The notes under the pieces: generated by a model
What the model saw: only the letters and a program-made list of their open reading frames with translations
Databases searched by the model: none
What the model was told of the DNA's origin: nothing
Assembly: GCF_001194135.2 (NCBI RefSeq)
Contig: NC_068983.1
Span: forward strand, 107,712,769-107,754,060
Direction: 5' to 3'
Length of the DNA: 41,292 bases
Origin: Octopus bimaculoides
Taxonomy: Eukaryota
Program-made: the position numbers and the translations under genes
Part shown: in pieces, positions 24,730-35,249 of the stretch
Layout of the letters: every line of letters starts with the position of its first letter
Numbering within the stretch: the stretch's first letter is position 1

Positions 24730-24982
24730 TTAACCACTACGCCATATGCCCACGGGCATATGGCGTAGTGGTTAAGAGCGCAGGCTACTAATCCCAAGAT
24801 TCCGAGTATGATTCCAGGCAGTGACCTGAATAACAATAATAATAATAATAATAATAACAACAACAACATTGAAAATACCTTAGGAATGAGAACCCAGGTT
24901 CGAAATTTCCTCAAGACACCTGATGAAGGCTGGAGGGTATATCAGCTGAAACGTTAGATAACCGTCAATTGTAAATAATGTA
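24730..24982 (+). mobile_element. tRNA-headed SINE-like element with hammerhead-like tail (copy 2) and 5' palindrome
   Basis: A-box TGGCGTAGTGG (24761-24771), B-box-like GAGTATGATTCC, then (AAT)n(AAC)n and a tail matching copy 1. Imperfect 9-bp TSD ACCAAACTC (24721-24729) / ATCAAACTC (24983-24991). Confidence 0.85.
24915..24955 (+). ncRNA. Minimal type-I hammerhead ribozyme motif (3' strand of stem I deleted)
   Basis: GACAC-CUGAUGA-A-GGCUG-GAGGGUAUAU-CAGCU-GAAA-CG-UU. Core is intact, the palindromic ACGU stem III is intact, and stem II closes with a G-U pair. Sequence after U24955 is missing relative to copy 1. Confidence 0.6.
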
Positions 24983-26141
24983 ATCAAACTCAGTTTACTT
25001 TTAATTTTTTTGATGCCAGTAAAAAAAAAGAAAGAAGAAAAACAAAAACGAACAAATGAATATTTATTTAGCTTTCGTAGATATCATGGAGTTAATTGCT
25101 TAAATTTTCTTATTCAACTGCCTACATCAGTTAGTGATTAAGTTGTGCTGACTTAAGGCAAGAAAATCTCCAAGTTATACAAGTGATAGATTCTTCAGTT
25201 ATACACTAAGTGCCAAAGAAACTTTCTTCAATTATGCTTCAGTTACTTGCAACATTAAGAATTGATGGAGTGGGTCAGTAAGTGATCGATCTTGGTGATC
25301 TATATAAATGTGTCAAAACTTGATATTTGGTAAAAAAAAAAAAATATAAAAAAATAGCAATAATAAACTAAGATTGATTTAACCAAACTTTACCCCTCCT
25401 ATCACAAAAACTTTGTGTTGTTACAAAAACACATTACTTCCATGTATGTTTATGAAACAACCTGTTTTCTTGTGATATTTTCGAATACCAGCTTAAACTG
25501 GATATTGTGCTAATTTGATAATTAGAATTGAGCTTATCTTAATAAGACTAAAACTCTAGAAGATATTAGTTTATACCTGAAATATCTGAGAAATAGTATA
25601 CCTTATCTTAATTTTTTTTTTACATATGTATTTTGATACTTACTTTATACAGTGCAGTGCGAATTTTATTTATTAATGGAAAAGATTAAATACAATTTTC
25701 GTTTATTTCTTGAAAAAAAATTACAGGAAAAAAGTTACAGTAATAAAGTCACGGGGGTTTTGTCTGGGGGTGGGGTCTGGATTCCATAAATTAATTGTGA
25801 TTTCTTTTGCTGTTGACTTTATTACTGGCCACCAATTACCGGTCACCAGAAAAACGTGGCTTCTGTGACGTCAACACACACACAAAATACACACTCATAG
25901 TCTTCGTGCTCTCTCTCACTCACTAAAAAAAAAAGATTAAAAAAACGCCGACTTCTTGACATACACAATATTTTAATCCTTTAGAAATATTTTTAAGTGA
26001 ATGTGATTTCAAAAATGTAAGTTGTTTGTACAGTAAGTATCTATATTTTAGCTTTCTTTAAACAAACAATATTTCAGTATTTTTTAAAATTATTTTTCAA
26101 ATGAATACCATTAGAAACATTTTTTTGGCATATTTAAGATA

Positions 26142-26306
26142 GGTACTACTAAAGCAGCACGGTCCCGAACGCGTCCGCGCTAGCTAGTCGTGAGTGGTCG
26201 ATCCAAACCCTAACCCGTATTCATTTGCACACGCGGGTTAGGGATAGGGTTAGGCTAGCGCGGACGTGCGACTGCGCGTTCGGGACCGTGCTGCTTTAGT
26301 AGTACC
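26142..26306. mobile_element. 165-bp MITE with 32-bp perfect TIRs and 9-bp TSD (Mutator-type signature)
   Basis: GGTACTACTAAAGCAGCACGGTCCCGAACGCG (26142-26173) has an exact reverse complement at 26275-26306. TTTAAGATA lies at 26133-26141 and 26307-26315. Confidence 0.9.
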
Positions 26307-26854
26307 TTTAAGATATTTTAAAGTGAAAATGACTTTTAAAATACGGTAAATATTTCGTAAAAGACCCGTTCGTAACCTCGGTGTGAAATAATTTTTTTCC
26401 GTAGATTTTTCGAGTGCATTCAATGTATCTCACCTCCAGAGATTTGGCTGCTATTTCTAGCACGCCCTGCTACCACGTAACAGCTATTTGCGATAAAGGG
26501 CGTACAAGAAATAACAGTTAAATCTTTCCTTTTGGGGCGGGGAAGGAGCCGTTTACACATGATTTCGATGTCACATTCGTTGAAAGCATACAAAATAATC
26601 TGAAAAAGAAAAAAAAAACCCACGAAACAAAACTCCGTTGCTGGGAAACTTAGACTTTCCTGGTGACCCAACTGTTCAACACAAACACAAGTACGCTATC
26701 TGTGACATATAAACACACATAGTCCTCACTCTCTCTCTCTATCACTCTCTAAGAAAAAAAAACGTCGACCTTTTGACGTACACACACACTGACAAAGGTT
26801 GTTTCTATTCTTTATTGCAGAAAACATTATCAATATGAATTATAGCATGGAATG

Positions 26855-27064
26855 TGTTTGTAAGCCATTTAAGAATACACAAAACCTCTTAGTTTCACTT
26901 CAACATTTAAATTTAATTTGTGTCAAAATATTTTCGTCTCTCACGAAGTTTTACCAGTAAACAGGTTGTGGTTTCAAAGCGACGAAAATATTTTGACACA
27001 AACTAAATTTAAATGTTGAAGTGAAACTAAAGGTTTTCGTGTGTTCTTAAATGGCTTACAAACA
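26855..27064. repeat. Long inverted repeat (84-bp arms, 42-bp spacer), probably a foldback MITE
   Basis: 26855-26938 versus the reverse complement of 26981-27064 differ at only about 4-5 positions; weaker complementarity extends about 14 bp outward. Confidence 0.9.
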
Positions 27065-27749
27065 TCTTCCACGCTGAATTTTTGTTGTTCAGTGCATGAT
27101 CTCAGATGCAAGTACATCTCTGTAATTATCAATATCCTTTCAGACAATGTATTCATCTTAATAATATTAAAACTCTATCAACGCAAACACACATACGCTA
27201 TCTGTGACATATATGCACACACAGTCTTTGCGCTCTCTCTATCACTCTCTCAGAAAAAAAAAAAAAACGTCTTTTTGATGTACACACACACTGACATAGA
27301 TCTACCAGAAATGTTCCCCTTTAAATAACCAAGAGGTAAAGTTGTCTCTGTTCTTTATTACAGAAAACATTATCAATATCCTTTCAGACAATGTATTCAT
27401 ACTCACAATTTTCTTCAGACATTAAATTGATTACTATTGTTTGGATAGTTCCAATTAAATAAGTCCATGAATTCCTATTCTACAAACTGACAAACAATTT
27501 CATGAATATTTTACCTGGCAACGCTGGGTAGTAAGTCTAGCTTTTTCTTTAATTCTGATACTAAATTCCTTGTCTTCATCTGTTCTTTTAATATTCTGGT
27601 AGCAGTAACCAACCAAATACAGTGATTAAAAATTAGTCGAGGGCAATTGTCTACATCTCCCAAAGTAGCAACCAATAAAAGCTGAACTACCTAATAAAAG
27701 TCAAAATACTCAATAAAAGTCACATGGGGATTAAATTCAAACATATCCA

Positions 27750-28330
27750 TTTCTATACAGATAGTTCCATCTTTTGTCCCTCTCAAACTTTATGCATCCA
27801 AGCATTATTCACAACTATCATATGCTAAACCTGCTTTAACTTATTGATTATAGACTTTGAAAACATTCTACAAAGTAGCTGTGCCAATCTTGTTCCTTTC
27901 AATAACACAAAGACATAACAACACACATTAAAAACAATATCATACTCCTGTTCTAAACGTAAACAGATGCCACCAGAACCCTCAATTCATCACAAATATT
28001 AGGTCTCATTTTCACTGAAGAACTTTCCTGGCAATTACACATCCTCTATATAGCAAAGGTTTCATCACAAAGCTGACCTTCTTCTTCAGAGTCTGAACAT
28101 CTTTCCCACCATCAACATCAACCACCAACCCTTCACAAATCTTAAGTAAACTTACAAGGGAATACTTCTGTCATATTTGGAATAGGGCTACTCCTTTTCA
28201 TATAGATATTTTAGACAACATCAAAGACAAAAGTGGTGGGGGTCACCTAGTGTCGATAGGCATGAAGTAATTCATTAACACTCTCTAAACTCTGGCCTAC
28301 AGGTGTGCTGCCTTTTCATTCTACTTATCA
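27750..28330 (+). mobile_element. Decayed CR1/Jockey-like LINE, RT C-terminal fragment
   Basis: DFENILQSSCANLVPFNNTKT and QILGLIFTEELSWQLHILYIAKVSSQ resemble the CR1-type DL..I..WG..NLV.FN..KT and ILG..F..DLSW..HI..IAK.AS motifs. Confidence 0.55.
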
Positions 28331-29566
28331 CTACTACTATGACCTCAGCTCTTTGGAGATGGTTGGTCTTATATCAGTCACCTTCACTCAGTTCCTCATA
28401 GCTCACTTCTTTCTCCTCTTCTCATTCATATTGTATCTACTCCTCTCAAATTTCTGCACAAACTACTAAATCCATATTCTTCCACCTCCATAGAACATCA
28501 CATCTCTAGAATACCCTCTCTACCCCTATTCTTTCTGGTAAATATCAACTTGCATTGGTTCAAGAAGAACATTGATTTTTTTTTTTTCATATAAACACAA
28601 AGTCAAAAATTTGGGGAAAGGGAACAGTCAAATATATCAACCTCAGTGCTTTATCAACCTGTGAAGGATGAAAGTTAAAATTGACCTTAATAGGATTTGA
28701 ATTCAGAATGCCAAGTGCTATAACAAATACCAAACGGTATTATCAATCTCATTGGTTTTGAAGAGCCTGAGAAGGCTATGAACACAATCCCTTCCTCCAG
28801 ATCAAACTATTTAAAAAAAACACACAGATAAATATGAAGTAAAACTGAAAAAAATCTAATATGATCCACATTCATAGATCATCATTTCTTTGATTTTTAG
28901 ATGAGTGAAAATGGTGTACTCATAACAGAAGCAAAATATTTATTCTGAAACTATATCCTGTGTTCAATATGCCCTTTGACATCTAAATTTCAGTGTACTT
29001 TATGTAGACACTAGTTGGGTGGAAAGTTTTGTTTAATTTCAATTCCCACTGAGAACTAATTCCATTCTTTCACATTGTTAATGTTGTTCAATAAGTCATG
29101 AACATTATAATTTTTGAATTTGCTTTTACTTCTCTGAATATTTCTGGTTCTGTACTTATGTAAGAAACCATTATTTGAAAGAATTGTATATATTGCACCC
29201 ATCAATGCTAAAATCTTTTTCTGTTAAAGAGAGTGGGAGCTGGACATGTGTATACACACACATGCATGCTCACACACACGCACACATGCATACACATATA
29301 GGCTGAACATGTAAGCTGATTCCTGCTGGGGGGTTGGTTCCCTGACACTTTTCTTTCTTTATCTCCTTCTCTTGCTACACTTCTGACTTTTCTCTAGCAC
29401 TGGAAGAAGAACTATGTTCAAGACATAGTACCATTTACTCTTTTCTTTCTTTCTTGGGTGTCAAACTAATAATATTGACAATGAACATCTCTTGTATTCT
29501 TGTTTTATTTTTTATGTTTTTGTTTTGTGTTTTGCATTTCCATATATATATATATATATATATATC

Positions 29567-29943
29567 TTTTGTTGGCACTCCATCGCTTACGACGTCGAGG
29601 GTTCCAGTTGATCCAATCAACGGAACAGCCTGCTCGTGAAATTAATGTGCAGGTGGCTGAGCACTCCACAGACACGTGTACCCTTAACATAGTTCTCGGG
29701 GAGATTCAGCGTGACACAGTGTGACAAGGCTGACCCTTTGAATTACAGGCACAACAGAAACAAGAAGTAAGAGAAATTGTGGTGGAAGTGTACAGCTAGG
29801 TTCGCCACCATCCCCTGCCGGAGCCTTGTGGAGCTTTAAGTGTTTTCGCTCAATAAACACTCACAACGCCCAGTCTGGGAATCGAAACCGCGATCCTACG
29901 ACCGCGAGTCCACTGCCCTAACCACTGGGCCATTGCGCCTCCA
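29567..29943 (-). mobile_element. tRNA-derived SINE (family B), full length, CpG-rich
   Basis: Closely similar to 22717-23103 over its whole length; inserted in a (TA)n tract. Confidence 0.9.
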
Positions 29944-32365
29944 CTCATATATACATATAGGTGTTAGTGTGTATAAGAGAGAGGTAGGATACAAATATTG
30001 TTACATTCCAAAAATGATAATATACATATGTGCATATAAAATGAATGTAGTTGATAAATTCCATAAGGTTGTGTGTATTTACATTCTAAAGGATCTTCCT
30101 GGGGCTCATAAATGATTCTTCACTTTACACTAACTAAACTGACTGAGCTTGCATGGAATTAACTTCCTAGTAGAAAAATATACTTTATGTTCATTTTATG
30201 TGCTAACAAGAAAAAGCTTTAATTTGCTCGTCACTACCCACACACTACCACAAAAATTTCGTGGTGAGTAACACTTTAGTTGGCATATGACTTAAAAGGT
30301 ATATTAGTACATTTACTTGATAGATAATGAAAATAACAGTAAAGTCTCTACTAGAATTGAACTTTTTCCTGTTACACTCTTTCCTGTTCTTTCAATCTAT
30401 TCTATCATACTGTCATTCCAATTTTTGACCTAAACAATAAAGGCAATGACTGTAGTATTAAGATGTAAAAGCTGCCTTTGATATAAACCAAAAATCTCTG
30501 AAATTTTAACACTTAAATTTGATTTGTTTTGTGCAAGGACAAAATCAATTTTGTAGGATTCAAATTGCAAGACAATGTGTTTATTTGAATAGAGATATAA
30601 TTGGTGAGAGGTGTGTTTGCTACAATTCAAGCATACTTGGCTACATTAATAGAGAAATGAATAGGCATGAGATGTTGTGAATTTAGAAATATGATTAAAT
30701 GGTGTATTTAAAGCTGACTTTTACTTGAACCAATGACAAACAGATTGGTAAGCTGTAGTAGATCAGTATAAATGTGGTTATGAAATTATGGTCATGCATG
30801 CAAGAAAAATTTGCTGCATCAAAGGCAAGAAAAGTTGCTGCATCAGATTTGGATAGCATTATGATAATAGCTTATGTAGTCAATAATTTTAAGTACACTA
30901 AGTATAACAAAGTAATACCTAATGCAGCAACACCATTATTAACTGTTATACAGAAAATTATATCAAGGTGATGGATCTTTCTCATCCTAATCATTTTAAT
31001 ATCTGTCTTCAATGCTGGCATGGGTTGGATGGTTTGACAGGTGGTAGTGAATCAGAGGACTGTGACAAGCTGTACTTTCAGTTTTGGCATAGTTTCTGTG
31101 GCTGGGTACCCTTCCTAATGCCAACTGCTTTACAGACTATATTGGGTGCTTTGTACATGACCCCAGCACCAGCAAGATCACCAAATAACTTGCAAGACAA
31201 GACTCCTCAACTGAGGTGGGAGTAGTATGTGAGAGGCAATTTTGCATCTGATGATTATAGATCAGAGTATGACAGAGGGTATAGAAACTAGTATCTTGCA
31301 GTAAAAGTGAGAAAAATTCTTTCTACTAAAAGCACAAGGCCTGAAATTTTGGAGGAGGGGACTAATCACTTATATGAAAGGCAAAGTCAACCTCAGCAGA
31401 ATTTGAACTCAGAACATAAAGATGGATGAAATGCCACTAAGCAATTTGCCTGGCATGCTAATGATTCTGCCAGCTCACCACCTTGTAAAAGTGATAAAAA
31501 TATATCTTTTATATAATCAAAATAAGGAATCCAATGTATGAGTTAGAGTTCACCAGAGAATTATCTCATTACTTTTTCTCAATTATAATTTACAAGGCAA
31601 AAACTGAGTAGTTTAGGAGTCCTTGTTCCTTGGCAATTGATATCTTGGTTTCTCTTTTAAAACCTATTCATACTCCCACCTTATGGAATTTATTAACCCC
31701 ATTCATTCTATATAATAATTCCAGTGTGGCTTTTTTTTTTTTTAGTTGAAGTATTTGATACATAAATGCTCTTTCAACTGAATTATAATTTTTAACTTAC
31801 CTCCACAAATTCTCATTTCTTTTAAGTGTTCTCTATTCATTGCTATATTGCATCATGATATGGCAAAAATTATATAAATCTGCTTTATATCAAGAGAAGT
31901 CTGTTATCATTTGCACTGGAAATGCAAACGAATGAAGGAGTTTCAAGGAGAGTACTTAACATACTAGATATAACAGCTAAAATCTCCTTCATATCACATC
32001 CCCCCATCTTAAAGACGTTTTTATATTTGATAATGTGGTCCAAGATACACTCTGTCTGAATAAAAAATGTGAAAGTTATGGGTAGAATAATTTTGATCAA
32101 ATGTCTGTTCCATCAGAGATGACTTTGGGTTGGACAAAACAAAACCTTTCTTTAAGGTAACTACAAATGTTCAGCCTCATAACCTTTGAATATCTCTTAT
32201 GGCCAAAATCTAGGCTTCTTCTTCAGAATAAGAAAGTACTTCTACTGTGATAAGTTGGTAAACCTCAATGATCACGTGCAACCAACATTTATTAATCAAA
32301 TACGTGAGATGGTATTTACATCCTTGACTTAACTCTTTAAATCCTTTCACTTCCTTAGTTCTTCC

Positions 32366-32592
32366 TAAACCCTTTAGCATTTAGATTACTCTGTCAAATG
32401 TAAGGCTTATTTATTCACATTGTTGTGATTTAATCATGTATTATCTTTTAGCTTTGGGATTTCAATGATGATTATATTTTTTAATAAAGGCATTATTTGG
32501 TAGGTGTGAGAAACCAGATCTGACCAGTTTGAACGTAAAACAGGTAGAAAATTTTGGGCTGGATATGGACAATTTAAATTTTAAAAAGTTAA
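32366..32592 (-). mobile_element. TTAA-flanked MITE (piggyBac-like ends); internally deleted copy at 40705-40840 (+)
   Basis: Ends (T)TAACCCTTTAG(C/T)ATTTA and TAAATGCTAAAG. The internal CCCAAA...TTTTACCTG.TTTA.GTTCAAACTGG.CAGAT...CTCACACCTACC is shared by the two copies in opposite orientation. Confidence 0.6.
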
Positions 32593-35249
32593 AGTATCAA
32601 CCAATGGATGTTAAAGCTGAGCACAGTTGGGTTCTTCACTAAGTGTGGAATACTTAATCTATCACTTGATTCCACACCACCACCTGGCACTTGGGATGCT
32701 GTTGCAGACCCTTGATCTGGACTCTCCAGTTTGAGGTTACCTTATTCCTTCCCTTCAGTCTCAGAAACCCTATAAGAGATCATAAGTGCTACCTTCTTTC
32801 CAGACTAAAAGTTTAAAAAAAAAACTGCATCAAACTTGTCTGTCTAAGAAGACCTAAAAGTGGCAAAGGAGCAAAAATTCCTCCTCCAGCTAAATAAATC
32901 ACCATCATCATTGTTTTTACAACCAGTTTTCTATGCTGGCATGAGTTGGATGAGTCTGTTCCAATACAGCATTTCTCTACTTGTCATATATAATGTAAAA
33001 AGTACTTCCTAATTGCACTTTATAGAATACTCACTTCACAAGATTAAACTTAAAACTCTTATTATTTTTATTATTAACAACAAAGAATTTCTTCCATAAA
33101 CACAAACAATGTATCTTATTGTAATCTATTTCCATATTGTTTCTTCTTTTATATATTTTTATGATATTTTTATTGTATTTTTTTTAAGTAAAAAATTTCA
33201 TTTTTATTCCATGTCAGCTTCAAAAATTATTACTCAGGTCTTCGAGTCTGTTTTTTTCTCTTCAACCCAAAGATCACATCAAATTATAGACACAATTTCT
33301 TTCGTGACTGATACAAGCAATAATATGTGTAAAATTATATTTCATTTTCAAGTTGAAATGTTCCAACAAAGCAAATTTATTTTTATTGAAACAAAATTAT
33401 TAAATTCTGTGCAATAATAATTGCTTGATTGAAGTAAAAATGTACAACCATTTTACAGGTTATGAGCTCACATCTGCTGTAAACATTTTATGACATTTCT
33501 TCATTCCTCAGTTTAATTAGTGATGGAGACTAGTTCCTCCAGTGAATGTTGTCTGTGAAAAACTGCTTACCTATCCAGATGTAAATTCAGCTCTCATTAA
33601 TTAATAGATATTGAGTTCAAAGTTGAGCATCTACTCTGAGACCCTGGTTCTTTCCAGAGTTTTGTTAAGCCCCAGTTTCCTTCAGATTTTAGCAATTTAC
33701 AATCTAATTCTGGTTTAGTGCTTTTAATATAAAAGGGAATTTCAGATGTTTCAGATGAATAATAGAGAACAGTCATCCATTCTTTATTGTTTTCTTTCTT
33801 TCTTTAACTTGCTTTCTCGGTTTACTCTCTTAACCTTCTTTCTTCTAATAAGCTTGTCAATAAGATTCTGTTGGAAGAGATTCCTTCATTATATTAATAA
33901 TACTTAGCCACAAGGCTTCCTTCAATGGCTTCAGTTCTAATCTTTGTTTCCAACTGAGTATCTAATTATCATAACTAATCTAATTAAAATTTTGAATTCC
34001 TTATTTCATGACTAAAATTAATTAAAAAAAAAAAAAGAAAAGAACAAAATGATATCTTGGTAATACGGTGCTTTATATCTCTTGAAGTTGGATATATTTT
34101 AGATATGACTCATGCATACTGACAGATGCTCACTAAGATATTCTGGAAACAGGGATAATGGTTTATGCAGTTGTTTGAACATCATGCATTCCTTTAATAA
34201 TACTTTATATTAATCCAACAGGAAACAAATATCGGCATTCAGAATTATACTAAACTTGAAAAATTATAGTTTGATATTCCTTTGGCTAATGAAACTTTTA
34301 TGGAATTTTTTAAAAATATGACAATGAACTATTATTAGCTTTATTACATTTTCATTCAATCTTTTTGCTCATTATATTCTTTAACATTTTGTTTTCTTAT
34401 TCTTTACAGAACTTGTCTTTGAAAATAGTTTTTATCTGCAGGAGTGATCAAATGGGCTTAGAAATTCTACCATCTGCCAATAATTTTTATAACCTAACTC
34501 AATCAGTTGTAAAGAATATTAAGAAGACAAAAGAAAAAAACAAAACAGAATACATCAAAAGAGAGAACAGTAAGTTTCATTTCATGCAGTATCCTGTATT
34601 AATAAACTGAGATGCCTTTAAGGTGCATTAATTCTTGTGAGAACTGATTAAAATAATTTCATTGTAGCAACATAAAATTGGAGTTGCCCTCTCAGTTCTC
34701 TTGTTGGATACTTTATTGACTAGAGTACTAATATCTGAACAAGGTTAACATGCTATTTATTAGATGCTGAAAGATCAGGCTAAATATATCTCAACTAGAC
34801 TATCATATTATTGGATGCCGAAATATATGGAAATTGGAATTATATACTTACATTAGATGATTGTTCAGCTTTTACTTGAGGCAATTTAAGGATATTAAAA
34901 GTAAAATTCTCCCACTTTTATATAATGACGCACCTGTGCTATAGCTGACTATCATGTTTTTATTTGTGTAAATATATAGTTGTAATAGGTTGTTCTTGTA
35001 AAAATTATGAAAAATTCTAATAAAAAGAGCAATAATCAATCTGCTGGATAAATTTCCTTTTCTATACCAACAACAGTGAGCTTTTGTTAAACATTCATTC
35101 TAGCCATCATCTTCTAGTAACATGTAAGCCATATTACTACTCAACAAGGTATTCCTATCTCTAATACAGAATATACTCTATATTCCATCTTGTTTCTAAA
35201 AGTTGGCATCTACATTATCTATAATTTCCCACTCTCACCTGGGAAGGGA

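Larger units (their letters stand above)
25299..27540 (+). mobile_element. Probable non-autonomous Helitron (composite, with nested MITEs); 3' end better supported than 5' end
   Basis: 3' hairpin TACCTGGC-AAC-GCTGGGTA (27512-27530, consistent with CpG decay of TACCCGGC/GCCGGGTA) followed by CTAG at 27537-27540. Candidate 5' end A|TCTATATA at 25298/25299. Three internal copies of a module of about 110 bp at about 25870, 26680 and 27181. Confidence 0.45.

Noticed and set aside
24754-24830. tRNA gene candidates at SINE heads (also about 23030-23103, 29870-29943 and 37221-37295)
   Set aside because: A and B boxes are present but I could not fold a complete cloverleaf. They continue into SINE bodies bounded by TSDs.
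26142-26306. Interstitial telomere, or CRISPR-like repeat
   Set aside because: Only two or three imperfect TTAGGG/CCCTAA units inside a TSD-flanked MITE; there is no repeat-spacer array anywhere in the window.
33440-33960. Possible L1/Tx1-like ORF2 remnant on the minus strand
   Set aside because: Only vague motif resemblance with many stops; not enough to call as a feature.
34410-34569. Candidate exon (TTTACAG acceptor, open frame, CA|GTAAGT donor)
   Set aside because: The peptide has no recognisable similarity and is driven by A-rich low-complexity sequence; such site pairs occur by chance in AT-rich DNA.
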